64,000 nucleotides of DNA from Zygnema circumcarinatum SAG 698-1b. Its lineage: Eukaryota > Plantae > Zygnematophyceae. The stretch spans positions 2,728,001 to 2,792,000 of the forward strand of contig CM074808.1 of the NCBI GenBank assembly GCA_037447605.1. Reading direction: 5' to 3'. Below, piece by piece: positions 24,101 to 43,130 of the stretch. Within the stretch, counting starts at the first letter, position 1. The number at the start of each line of letters is the position of its first letter. The notes beneath the pieces were generated by a model. It saw only the letters and a list, made by a program, of their open reading frames with translations, was not told where the DNA came from and did no database searches. The position numbers and the translations under genes were made by a program.

Positions 24101-27100
24101 TGCTGTAGACACTGATAAGGTTGTGTGAATGTTAGTTTCAATCCGGCTTGGCTCGAAATTGGGGTGATTGTCTGCCGCACTTTCATGGACTGTAGGTCAT
24201 TCTTGGGGCTTTGTCTGAGCAGATGGAGATTCTCGGATCTGCCATGGGTGTTCGTTACTTCGTCATAGTAGCAACTCCCAGCAGGCTTTACGCCTTCGTT
24301 GGGCAGGCTTCCTTGGAGGTGAGCTGACTTTAACAAATGTCAAATGCAATAATGCGTTTGCACCCATTCAATGAGTAGTGAGACTTGGCTTACTTTCGTC
24401 ATTTAAATGAGCACAGAAAAAAAACTATTACCCCTGTAACCTTTCTTTGTCCACTATTTCACGATCTGGTTACAGTTTACCCTATGAGATATCTGATTAT
24501 ACCATCAAACCCTGGTAACCATGCACACTGACAATCGTCATTAAGATCTTTCATCCATTTCATCAGCAAATTGGAGCTGGGTTTGGGGCCAGTTCACATT
24601 TTCTGCTTTTGCCAGTCCAGATAGTAAGCCGTGGTTCATGGAGGTGAAGGCCCGACTACCCAACAGGTGCTGCATGCTGTTCTAACGTAGCCTGCCTCAA
24701 ATGTGAACCTAATGGAACATCTACTTGCCTCACTGTTGATAAAGTTGCTAGAGCAATGTCTGCATGTGGCCGATTTTGGTCTGCACGTCAAGTTCAGTTT
24801 CTCGAGTGTGACGCTCTAACGCCGAGAACCTTTGCCTAGCATTCAAAGAGCAACACGAAGAGGAGAAAAGGGTTTTTTTTTTTTCTTAATGGGTTCTCGT
24901 ATCTGCGAGTCGGATGAGTGCTAGGGATGGTCCATTTGGTCCTCATGTGAATGCACGTTTTGTGGGCTTTGCAGTGAGCTGCATCTCTTTGGCAAACAGC
25001 AGCGGCGCATGGAACAGTTCGCATGGCTGTCAGGAGATGGAGTGCATGAGGGGCAAATCAGCTTCAACGCACAACCCGGGTATGTGCACCTCAAGCTGTA
25101 TCAGCCCTCCCTATTGCTGCCGGTGTATTAGCCAGTCTTCATTTCATCACCACGAAGTTCTTCTTTTAATTTGCAGGTTATCAATTGATATCAACTTTCG
25201 TGCTTTTGCATCCCTTGCTCTTAGTGCGCCTGTTATCTTAGTTGGCTCCCATATATAGATGCTTTGTTACCGGTATGGTCGAAGCTAAACTTTCTTTTCC
25301 ATACGTCTGTCCTTGATTCTCAGATTAACACCGAATTTGATGAAAGTGTCATAACTGTTTGCTGTTGTTGTTCGGAATTCTTTTAAGGCAATGCCAATAT
25401 CATTCTTGCTTGCTTGGTCTATGATGCAGTAGCAATTCAACAAAAGGCGAAGCTGTGCTCGTCGCTCAGCGATTGCTGGAGTACTCAAAGTTGGGTTCTG
25501 ACGAGGATGTTGCAAAGCCACTTTCTTTTGCGATCTCAGACTACCACTTCCTTCTCTTGTACAGTAGTAAACTAAAGGTAGGGATCAGCTGCAACACTTT
25601 AAACTTGGCCAGTTACTTATGCCACATGTTATCTGACAATTATGCAGCAGCTTTGATTGTCTGCCCTAAAAGGAGAAACGTAAATTGCACGTGTCTAACG
25701 CTTTTGAAGCTTTCGCCATCTTTGGATGACTAGCCACTGCCGCCCCTTGCGTTGTTGTTAGAAAGCAAAATAGCAATGTTCTGTGTAATGCCATCGAACA
25801 GCCACCCTTTGCTGCCACATCACCATGTTTATCCGTAGCATATTTTTGAAGCCCTCTTTGCTGGTGATGTATTCTTCTATCAGGTGGTTAACCGAGTGAG
25901 TCAGGAGGTAGTAGAAGAAGAGCGATTCAGTGGCTCGCGGGAGGCAGGATCTGGTGGACTGCTCGGCCTCTGTACGGACTATCTTGGTGGAGCATTTTAT
26001 GCTTATAGCCAGACTGCCATTTACGAGGTATGCTTCCGCTTCACCCCCGCCTGTTTCACGAGCAAATGCCTCGTATTTCTAACTCTTCAGTTCTCGCTTT
26101 TTGTATGATCCCCATCAATCCCTGTGTCGATAGCAAAGTTATTCCATAAACACATTTGATTGAGATTTGCCACGCTATTGACAGCTATATGGGCAGTCAT
26201 TAACAGTATAAGGTAGTATGGTAAGGGAACCGCAGGGGTGAAGGGACTATCTATGGGATTTGAACGTTGCACTTTTGTCAATTGATAGGCATATTGTGAA
26301 CCTTGCCAGAATCATATCCTTGTGTTTCATTCATCATCCAATACCGAGACGGAGTGCTGTCCATTCCTTTGGTGGGATGTCTTAGAAGCACACGAATAAT
26401 GTAACTTGTTTTGTATGTGTCCTTCCAAGCTGCCGTCCTTGTGGGGTCGCTTTCAGTACCTCATCGAGATGTAGCACTTCATCAATATGCGGACACTGCT
26501 TTCTTCATTCCCCCCATTCTTCCTCTATCAAATGCTCTGTTAGCAAGCAAGCAGATCGCATCCTCCTTCCATGTGCTGAAATTACACATTTTGATATCAC
26601 ATCGCTTACTCTATTGGCCGGTCAGATAGCAGTACAGGACGAATCTCGCAACATGTGGCGCGTGTACCTTGATCAAAAGGAGTACGCCGCTGCTCTTGAG
26701 CTCTGCCGCACGCAGGCTCAGCGGGACAGTGTATACTCTGCCCAGGTCTTTATATATTGCCTTTTAAGGTCATAAATTTTTGCTTAAGGGGGATGAAAAA
26801 TACTCAGCAACAAGGATTGGAGGCAGTTTAGTATATATCTCTTTATATTGACCAAACAGAGAACTACATGAAATGGTAGGATGAAGTCTCGAACATTCTC
26901 GAAGGATTGTAGGTCCGTTACAATGGTGAAAACTACCAGATTAGGATCTTGAGGAAAATTTCCGGTTGCTCAGGACTTTCTATTGAGGCAGAAAACATGG
27001 GTATTATGGGGACAACAGGCAGAAGCAGCTTTTGCAGCAGGAGACTATGAGAGGGCTGCTTCTTTCTATGCTAAGGTGAGCAGGGTCCTGCTTTTGCCCC

Positions 27101-30100
27101 TATAAATTTCCTGTTTGTGGCCAGTATCCAGTCTGCGTTGGGTCTATTTGGTGACCATTCCTTGCAGGCGGAGACTCGTCTTTGCCTTCATTTGGGAAGC
27201 CCCTATGGCTCTTTGCTGGCTATTCATACTGGAAATGGGAGTGATCTATGTATGCCTTGCATGTGACAGGCTTCTTCTGTGGCTTTTCTAGGGGATTTTT
27301 TTGGATTTATTTCATTCATCAGGTTCTTACTCTGAGCTTGAAAGCAGACTGAAGTCTTTGGATATGATGCTGTTGTTAATTGACTTTCTTTCTGACTCTC
27401 TTTCTGACTTTCATTCATTTTTTATGGGGTGTGTGGGTGGTGCAGACTGCAAGCATTGCCCCCTTCGAAGAGGTGGCCCTTAAGTTTGTGGTTGTTGGAG
27501 CCCAGGTGCAGCCTTGGTACAAAAAATTCCTGATGTTCATATTGACTTCCTTCGTTGTTTTTCCAGTAGCATGGCAACCATGCATTTCATATTCTGCGAG
27601 TATATTGTCTTTGTAGTTTCATAATGAGGCCAACATTCGTAGATGATTAGTGTGCTGATCTGAGTTGCTCGTTAGAGTGGGCTCTGGACAAGAATATTGA
27701 CTCTCTTGCAGTCGAAGTTACTCGGAGAACGTGCAGAATAGGATACACTCTCTGTTTTGGGTAAAAGACGAACCGGGGAAATTGGACATGGTTGCCGGCT
27801 TATCACCTTCTCTTTTCAAGTCTTCCCTAGTAATCATCAAGCCTGTGTTACATGGCTTGACTTTCTGTTGTTTACAGGATGCGCTCCGAACCTTTCTGCT
27901 GAGAAAGCTCGACCATCTGGGAAAGGATGTGAGTCTATCCTCTGCTTTGGTTGGCGGATGGAAGGAGTCCGACTTTATAGTTATAGTTCTGTTAGTGTGG
28001 AAATAGGGGAGATCAGATGATTTTGTTTTGAACTCGTCTGTTGTGATCGTGTTGAGAGAGAGATAAGACTTCTGATTTTGTCTATTGAAATGTACAGTCT
28101 AAACCAATAGACCATGATGTGATGATGTGTGCAGTTGTTAACTTGAGAATCTATGTTGGAAATGCAGGAGAGGTCGCAAATTACTATGGTCGCTACTTGG
28201 GCAGCAGAGCTGTACCTGGACAAGGTGAGAAGTACAAACACCAACATGTTAAACTGCTTTAAACTGTTATCTCTTACACTTCATGATTGTAACAATATCA
28301 GTTATGCTTTGCCCTTTGCTGTGCTTCCCATTACCTAGAGACAAGGGAGTTTGATCTCTGCCATGCAGGAGCTTGCTCCAGCGCTATCTTGCTCTCTCTC
28401 TCTCTCTCCCCCCACCCTCCTTTCTCTCTCTCTCTCTCCCTTTTTGCTGTATGGTTACAGCAGACAAGCCTTGAATAATATGGTGAACTGATACCTGAAG
28501 TAGAGAGCCCCTCCCTCCTTTGCAGATCAACCGTCTGCTTGTTCTCGATGAAGGGAGAGAGGCGGAGGAGGAGCCGAGCGAGTATGAGCGGACTGTGAGG
28601 GAATTCAAAGCCTTTTTGAGCGACTGCAAAGATGTGCTCGACGAGGCAACTACTGTGCAGCTTCTGGGAAGGTGGACCCTCCCATGTGCTCATAGCGGCT
28701 TTGGACTGTTTCAGGGCAGATGTGGCTACTTCCACATTCATATCTGCTCAGCTCCCTCTCCAGTGGACCTCACTCTTCAGTGTAGCCAGAATTAAATCCC
28801 ATGCACCAATGGAAAAGCAGGCATGATTTACAGATTTCTCAACAGCCTTCACTTTCTCGACATGAAGCCCCAAGAAGCATTAAGCCGGCGATTGGCCTTA
28901 CTGAACTCACTCGTTGTTTGTGCGCTCATTGGACTCGGGACTAATGCCACACTGCATCTGCGGTCCCCTGTGCAGCTATGGGCGGGAGGAAGAGCTTGTG
29001 TACTTTGCCACTCTCAAAGAGCAGCACGAGACAGTTGTCCAGTATCACATTCGGGTGGGCAGAGCACTCATCCCAAAATAGGTTCACCTTGTTTCAAGTG
29101 CATACTGTTTATGCCATTCCCCTCTCGGATTGAACGCATAGTCAACAACAAGAAAGACAAAGAAGAGACCGGCTTGAAACAGCCTGACATGCATCTTTGA
29201 ACCCCAGTTTGTCTGAGTATTTTCAATGCATGAAACATCTGGGCAGAGATGACCGAATGATAAGGTGTTGTCTGCAAGTAAGTTAGTCAAGGCTGAGCAT
29301 TTGAAGACATTTATTGGCCACCTGCTGGTTGGTTAAACAGAACGGTGATGCACATGGAGCCCTCGCAGTTCTGAGGAAACCTTCAGTGACTTCAGAACTC
29401 CAGGTCTGTGCAAATATCCAAAGATACTTCTCGCATTCTTTGAATTGTCCCATGAACAGCCATTTCCTCATGCTTTCATAAGAAAACGCGCTTCTGTTCC
29501 ACTATTGCCACCATTCCCACCATGCATGGATCAACTTAGTACTGACTTTGAGATAACGGCAGGCCTTCCCTATTATTTGGGGTGGGGAATACATGCGTGG
29601 TTCAGTATAAGTATGGCCCGCAGTTGATGCTGCTCTCTCCTACCGATACAGTGGATGCATGGATTGCTGCAAGCACTCGGCTGAACCCCCAAAACCTCAT
29701 CCCTGCTCTCGTCCGCTATGCCGGCTCGGTTCGACCAAAGTAAGTCTCATACTAAAAAGCAGAGAATGGTCGGGGTGTTGTTACATGAAATTTTACGCAA
29801 GTGTAGTTTGTTTTTATACCGAATCTTAACACCTGAATCTGAAGCCGAAGCATCCTTTTGTGCCTTGTCATTTTGCGGAGGTAACCACTGGATTAGCTAC
29901 AGGGTACTTTTTGCTAGTTTTCGGAATCATGTTTCTAGGAGAATTGGTTATGCGATGCTCTTTATTAGCCAGTAGAGTTCTCGGACTAATGTTTGTAGAA
30001 ACAATTTTTATGTCGCTGCACGAATGCTGAAACGATGCCATAGGACGAAAGCAAATGCTATTCTCCCTGCTTCAATCTGTCCAACCATTGTGACTATGGC

Positions 30101-33100
30101 TCAAGTGGTTTATGAGTGACACTAACCACATTGGGTCCTTTGTTTTTGGAGGGATTATTACATTGTCTGCAGAGATGAGCCCAACGAAGCCATTCGGTAT
30201 TTGGAATTTTGTGTTCGACGGCTGCAAAATGAGGATAGCGCTATTCACAACCTGTTGGTCTCACTTTACGCCAAACAAGTTGAGTGTTGGGAGCACCTCC
30301 TAATGATCCACCAAAGTTATTAATTGGAGTAGTGATGGCAAACTGCCTGGGCACGCGTACAACCTGAACGAAGTTAACCAGTTTGTTAGTTATTGCACGC
30401 TAACCAAGTGAAGACCAGTCAGAAAGTGGTCTTGGCCCAATACGGTCTCTTTCTGCTGCCAATTTTGAGCAAGTCTCTTGTGACGATCGTAGATTTCACT
30501 GCAATTGAGTGCACTCACTTGATGTATCATCCTCTATTCTTCCGCCCCTCTTGCTTCTTCCTTTAAGACTGTGTTCCTGCCCTCCTTCCTTCTCAATGCA
30601 GGGCGATGAGAATGCCCTTCTCCGCTTTCTGAGTCTGAAGGCGAGCACCCCGAAGACCGGAAAGTTCGATGTTCTGTACGACCCCAAGTATGCTCTCCGC
30701 GTGTGTCTTCAAGAAGGGAAAATGCGAGCATGTGTTCGCATCTACGGGATGATGGCGATGAGAGAGGAGGCAGTCGCACTCGCTCTGCGGGTGAGCTACC
30801 TTCATGCTTTACTATATGCCCTGCTCTCTGCTTACTTCTTGCAACTGGTGAAGTCTCATTGTCGACCAGTGCAGCAGCAGCAGCAGCTGTTGTTGTTGTA
30901 GCATGCTCCAAAAAAATAAAAAATTACAAAAAAAATAAAGAGGAGGGGGTAGTTTTACTTTAAGCAATACGCCCATGGCCTTGCGAATGGGCAAGACCTA
31001 TCCCCGCCAACCTCCACTCCCACTAGCCAGTTTTTTCTGCGTGAACTCGAGCAGTTGACCTGCTTACGAATTTCGCTCCTATTCTAGCCATGTTGGCCGC
31101 CACTAGCTACCGCACGACCAGAGTCGCCTTTCTTTATCTGTTTTACATAATTTCGAAGCTTTGACCTCAGTAGGAGACTGACAGGAGGTTTTGACTGACA
31201 GCAATGGAAAAGTATTACCAGAGCAAGAGCTAAGGCCATGGATATTTCTGTTCAGGTTGACAGTGCTAATGCAGCCTTGACTAAGGGGGGAAAAAGTATC
31301 CAATATGGGGCGGCTTACAATATTAAGAGGATGGTTTTGGTGAAGTTGTTGAATGGACTCCGAACTGTGTTGTATCTGGAAAGCAGGTGGACCTTGAACT
31401 GGCCAAAGTGGAGGCAAATAAAGTAGAAGATGATGAGCTCCGAAAAAAGTTGTGGCTAATGGTAGCACGCCATGTTATCGAGAGGGAAAGCGGGTCAGGG
31501 GGAAGCACACAAGAGGGCGAAAACATTCGAAGGGCTATTGCCTTTCTCAAGGAAACCGACGGGCTGCTCAAAATAGAAGACATCCTGCCATTCTTCCCTG
31601 ACTTCACTCTTATTGACGACTTCAAGGTGAGGTAGATAATTTCTTTCTGTCTTGTAAGTTGGGGGTTCGTTTGCATTATTCTCGGGAAAGGGTGCAGAAG
31701 GAGGGAAAGCAGGGAAAGGAGTAACAAGGAGTCTATTCTATGATTTATGGGGGATCAGCATCATTTTTCCTGGGAGATAGCTATCTGTGTCTTCACTAAG
31801 AGTTTGCTGCTTTTCTAATGTCTGCATGATGCTGCTCTGGCTGTGTTTTCGTTACATCTTTCATCACATGTTTTCTTTTTTGATGGGTGGCAGGATGCCA
31901 TTCGTTTATCACTGGAGGAATACAACCGTCAGATTGCAGATCTGAAGGAGGAGATGCAAGAGACAGCGCGAGGTGCTGACAGTATTCGGCGAGACATCAA
32001 TGCCCTCTCTGAGCGCTATGCAATTGTGGACATGGAAATGACATGCGGGGTGGGTTCCTCCACACCTCTGGGGGTGATCTCATTTCGCAGATACTGATTG
32101 TCTCAACGGGGTAATGAGATATGCGTTGGCTCTTATTCGTCTTCACTCGGTTCAATGGGGCTGACTACAGCGTACAGCCAATGCAGCAGCTTACAGTTGC
32201 TTGTTTTTCTGAAACATTGGACCGCCTTTTCATTTCTAGAATGCTTCAAAATAGATCAGGTCCAGCATCCTGTATGCAGAAGAAGGTAACCTTCAGCTGT
32301 TTAATGGGGATGGGATTGAGCAGCTCTGTCGAAAGCTTCTGCTGACTGGAACACCATCACGGAGGACAGCTTCTAGAACTTCTTCAGCAGCAGTGGGAGT
32401 TCCAATGGTGCCATTTTACATTTTTCCATGTAACCATGCTTTCCACGCTGATTGCCTCACAGCCCATGTTCTACAACACGCAGAGATGAGTGAGGTGAGT
32501 ACCTGTTTATCATGCCTATGCCTTGTGAGGTTTGGCCATATACCTCCATGGTGTGCATCATCGCAGCCACTACATCCATCTCCTTCCATGGAATGCATCA
32601 CGCTTGGAATGATCCTTTTTGGAAGCACATATGTAATAACTTCTCAGTTTTCTTTTATGAGTGGATGTTTCTGCAGAAGGAGCGCATCTTGCAGCTGAAA
32701 CGTCGGTTGGCCCTCCTTACAGAGGATGCGAGGAAGGGAGGGAGCCGCGGGGATGGGGGGGAGGGGCAGGAAGGGGCAGCCTCTGCTGAGAAGGTGGGAA
32801 GAGATTTTCCTGGTTGTCAGCACATGGCTAATTCGAGCAATTCATTTCCCCTGAAGAAGAAGAATGAAGTGGAAGTACTGTGCGTCCTGGTGCAAATGTG
32901 TGACGAAATGTCACGTGTACTGCGATTGGCGACTTGCATTTCCCTCAAGAACAAGGAAAAACAAAAAAAAAAACAAGGAACTGAATTTTGAGACATAGGT
33001 CGGCCTGCAAACCTTTGGAGAGGATACCTTGCAATCCAATTGTCTCAAAAAGGTGATGGTAAAGAATGCGGTTTTGCTCTTGTTCTGGACATGGAGGTGT

Positions 33101-33368
33101 GCTCCTCTCACTGCTTTCTGAATTTGTATTGAGGTGACGTGTCAAGCATTGCATTGCTGCCGCCCTTACTCTCCCTCAATCGTCCGCACGTGTGAGAGGT
33201 CCTGCGCAGGTCCGTACAGAGCTGGACGGCGCGGTGGCGGGCGACTGCCCGTTCTGCGGAGAGCTCATGATCCGGTCCATCACGGAGCCCTTCATTCCCG
33301 CCGAGGAGGAGCCGGACGCTGCGACCTGGACCATTGGCGGAGGGCAGGAGGGGGGGGCACCTCCCTAG
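21140..33368 (+). CDS. VPS18: Vacuolar protein sorting-associated protein 18 (HOPS/CORVET core subunit); about 25 exons
   Basis: Exon 2 (from 22357) reads IFSVDVLERNAARNHGLVTCMTAANNVLLLGTSKGWLVRYDFG. Also VHRVFLDPNARH, SRLKGALLNAVGW, FAWLSGDGV, WAAELYLDK, KKLWLMVARHV, LLKIEDILPFFPDFTLIDDFK, and a C-terminal RING (TCGLCRK...FYIFPCNHAFHADCL...GDCPFCGELMI). Last exon 33210-33368 ends TAG. Exon 1 (21140-21241) is inferred. Confidence 0.95.
21271..21312 (+). repeat. (CCTG/CCCG)n microsatellite in VPS18 intron 1
   Basis: cctgcctgcctgcctgcctgcccgcctgcccgcctgcccgcc seen directly. Confidence 0.85.
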
Positions 33369-33382
33369 ACGACTGCCAAATA

Positions 33383-33514
33383 AGTCAGTCAGCCGACCAG
33401 CCAGCCAGCCAGCCAGTCAGTCAGTCAGTAAGCCAGTGAGTCAGTCAGTCAGTGAGTCAGTCATTGAGTCAGTGAGTCAGTCAGTCAGTCAGGCAGGCAG
33501 GCAGGCAGGCAGGC
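33383..33514 (+). repeat. Compound tetranucleotide microsatellite (CAGC)n(CAGT)n(CAGG)n in the VPS18 3' region
   Basis: Runs of cagc, cagt/gagt and cagg directly after the VPS18 stop codon. Confidence 0.9.
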
Positions 33515-34562
33515 TCATGCTTTGAGAGCACCATGGCATTGGCCGGTACTCAAATGCCCAGCGCTTCATTCTGCATTGAAACAGGTGTAAAATTTTTGTA
33601 AAGAAAATTTGACGGCTGACGCGTAAGCTCAATTGCTGCCTGATGAGGGTGGAACTACATTAACGGTAGCTAGGGGCGGCGTAGCTTTCCGCTCATAACT
33701 TTTTTCTTTTTATCCTTAGGTCCTTTGTGACCAGTTCCTCGTGGTTTCCCATGATGGATTTTGTCCATGTACATTTGATGGCATCGCCATCGTGAGATCA
33801 AGGCCACATCTTTCATTAACAGTACGCTGACTATACGAAGCCAATCTATGCATGCCAGCACGTTGGCAGTACATAAGAAGATCTTTTAGCTTTTCTCTTT
33901 AAAGTTGATAACTGAATGTTGTGAAAGGACGTCACAGGAAGTAATGGATGGATTCATGGTCATCCCTGCCAAGTTCGTGCAACATATACACCAAAGGCGA
34001 AAGACGGAGATGTAGCATTGCTCTCACAATGGCGGTGCCATCAAATGTACATGGTTCATTGTTAAAAGTTGACATCGCATGTGCTTTATATAAATGGGCA
34101 ACATTTGGCCGCAAATTTTCACGAGCACTTACATCGATGACTCGTTTTCACCCTCATTTCCTGATTCAGCAACACGATCATTTTCAGAGAGGGAAAAGAG
34201 TAATTGACTTTGCAGATTGGAACTGCGGGAAAAAAGGATTTTCCCTTCGAACGAAAGCGTTAGAACATGAAGCTGCTATGTGCTCCACCCAACTACATTT
34301 CGCACCATCTCCAAACCTTGACATGTGAACACGGATGGGAACATTGAGGATGTAGAGCTCTAGGGATGTGAGAGCAGCTACAACTATCGTTTACCTAAAC
34401 AGTAATCAATGCACAGATAAAATGAGTGTACATACAACCACAGACCTCCAGCTGTCTACGTCTTCCGCCAGTCTCAAAAGAATGAATACAGCCGTGCTAC
34501 TCGTCATGGGTTGAAACTATCGCAGCTTGTCGACCACAATTACAGTCGCGCTAATTTCAAAA

Positions 34563-40986
<6,424 letters not shown>

Positions 40987-42508
40987 CGTTCTTGCTGACG
41001 CTCAGCTGACAGCCACCTGCGTTCACAAATTTCTGATGAATTTTCAGTAGAAGGCATTGACAATCACTGCACAATTGTTAATGTCAATCCTGTACCGATA
41101 CTCTAGCCTATTTGGACATGACTCCAAATTCCAATAAAATGGTGGCGCCAGAACTTCAAACTCGTTCAAGCACCCTGGTTCCTCCTCATCAGTCGTTCAA
41201 CAGGCTAAAAACCAGGTATATTTATTGTTCGTAATGGTCTGGAAGTCACTGAACAATGCTATAATTATTCTCGTGGCTATCTTGTTGCTAAACTATCAAG
41301 TTGCTCAAATCACATAAAGAAATTCAATATGTCCGGAGCTTTGAAGTTGAATTTACAACAAAATTGAATGAAAAAAAACTGCTCCATCTTGAACTAAAGT
41401 CCTCCTGAATGATAGGAACCTCTCGCTGCTACGCTATAGCTGCACTTTACAGCGCTTCTGCATTGTAAGGATTCGGAACATTTGTCGAAGTCGACGAAAG
41501 AGAATAGCCGACCAGCAAAACTCTGATAAAAAACCGCTCCCTTCCTGCTGCAACCAGTATGAACCAGTATGAAAACGTCATGAAAAGTTCTTTGCTTCTC
41601 AAAGAAATTTTCATGACTTCTCCATTCTCTCAAAGACTCTCACATCACGATGTAGACCGCACAACTTACCCCTCTCCTCCAAACTTGAAAATCGCACCAG
41701 ACAACACAAGTGAGTTGAAACACTATGGACCGATAAGTCATACCTGACTGCAGACAGAAGCCCGCCCCGCCCTGTCGCCCTCCCTCTCACTTTCTCTCTC
41801 TCTCCCCCTCTCCCACTCCCTCTCCCGCAACCTGCAGACCTCCCTATCCCTGCCCCTCCCCCCTTAGGGCAGGCCCGCTTCCGGGAGCACGAGATCAGCA
41901 GCAGCAGCAGGAACAGGCCCGGGCGACACGTGCCCGGCCAGCTTCCTCAGTTCCCAAAGCGCGACATGTTCGAAATAAGTACTCGATTTTCTCGAGATTT
42001 ACTCGAAGCGCGAGTTTTGGTTTCGAATAACGTCAATCCCGAAACGCAACTGGTCGAGCTCGCACGCGCTCTACGAGAGCGAGTTTCATTCTCATCTTTC
42101 GCGCTGCGTGCAAGAAACCAGATTCCGTAGTGTCTTACAACTCAAATTTCCCTTCAAGACAGTACGTATTTTGACTTTGTTGTTTACGACCGTTTTCTAA
42201 GAATGAATACCCTTCTTGCAATCGAGAGGGCGTTGCGGTCGGTCGGTCAGTCGGTCTGTCCCGCGGCCGCGGCCGCGGGCGCGGGTAGCACCCGACAGGC
42301 GTGTCAGCCGGATTGAGCCGGCGCGCAGCAGATGGAGGGGGAATCAGGATCAACACCAGCGGTGCCATGCGATCAACCATCCGACGACGAGCTGGCAAGC
42401 ACGGCACATGATTCAACGTTGATGCGCAGCGCAAGACTGGGTCAGTCAGGGTTACCCCGGGCTCCATCGCGGATCCACCACAACCACCACCCATCACGAC
42501 AGTACAGT

Positions 42509-42883
42509 TAGGGATGGCCCGCGTTATAAAGTCCGACTATATTATATACTTTACAACGGGTTTAAAAGTAGTAATATAGTACAAAGCAAAACACTTTATT
42601 ACATATATTATACCCACTCGTTTTGAAAAATTGTCGACCGTATGACCGTACGAGTACGGTCGTACGGTCGTACCATACCAAAATTAGGTCGTTTTGGCGT
42701 TGGCGTTGCGAAATGCGTCCGTCTGGTTCACTCCGTCGTCACCGCATAATACCGTACAGTCGTACGACCGTACGACCGTACATGTTGTAAAGGCGTTGTA
42801 AAGTATTATATAACAGCCGTTATTTAGTCGTCACAGTTATATAATATAATATAGATTATATAGTCGTAATTAAGCCATCCCTA
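42509..42883. mobile_element. Non-autonomous hAT-type DNA transposon (MITE), 375 bp
   Basis: Perfect 10-bp TIRs TAGGGATGGC (42509-42518) and GCCATCCCTA (42874-42883). Perfect 8-bp TSD AGTACAGT (42501-42508 and 42884-42891). Inverted clusters of (G)ACCGTAC/GTACGGTC subterminal repeats; AT-rich and non-coding. TAGGGATG termini with an 8-bp TSD are typical of Ac/Ds-like hAT elements. Confidence 0.93.
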
Positions 42884-43013
42884 AGTACAGTACACAGCAC
42901 ATGAACATGGAAAAGAAAAAGTACCTTGCAAAGTGTGAATGGTACGGACAATACGGCCTGTGCGCCTCCCCATGTGAGTTCCGTGTGAGCCGTCACCGTC
43001 ACCATCCCGGCCA

Positions 43014-43053
43014 TGACGTGACGTGACGTGACGTGACATGACGTAACATGACG
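43014..43053 (+). repeat. Tandem pentamer array (TGACG)n, 8 units, 6 perfect
   Basis: tgacg tgacg tgacg tgacg tgaca tgacg taaca tgacg seen directly. Confidence 0.85.
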
Positions 43054-43062
43054 TGGTACGCA

Positions 43063-43064
<2 letters not shown>

Positions 43065-43093
<29 letters not shown>

Positions 43094-43130
43094 CNNNNNN
43101 NNNNCCCCCCCCCCCCCCCCCCCCCCCCCC
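43065..43130. other. Poly-C tract spanning a 10-N assembly gap (43095-43104)
   Basis: 30 C, 10 N, 26 C; the true length is unknown. Confidence 0.95.

Noticed and set aside
24922-24930. Lone TAGGGATGG resembling the MITE TIR (also TAGGGATG near 18850)
   Set aside because: No partner inverted repeat or TSD nearby; compatible with chance.
21271-33514. (CCTG)n in VPS18 intron 1 complementary to (CAGG)n in its 3' region, as a long-range RNA pairing
   Set aside because: Short, common microsatellites; the intron is likely spliced before the 3' end is transcribed, and nothing else supports it.
33334-33525. ORF with SQSV/SQPA repeats after VPS18
   Set aside because: Translation of the 3' microsatellite in a different frame; VPS18 stops at 33368.
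42448-42454. TAACCCT (minus strand) as a possible telomerase RNA template
   Set aside because: Too short, no properly spaced USE-TATA Pol III promoter, and no supporting structure identifiable by eye.
42960-43010. RDGDGDGSHGTH reading resembling the subtilase His motif
   Set aside because: Low-complexity origin, wrong spacing, and no other subtilase motifs.
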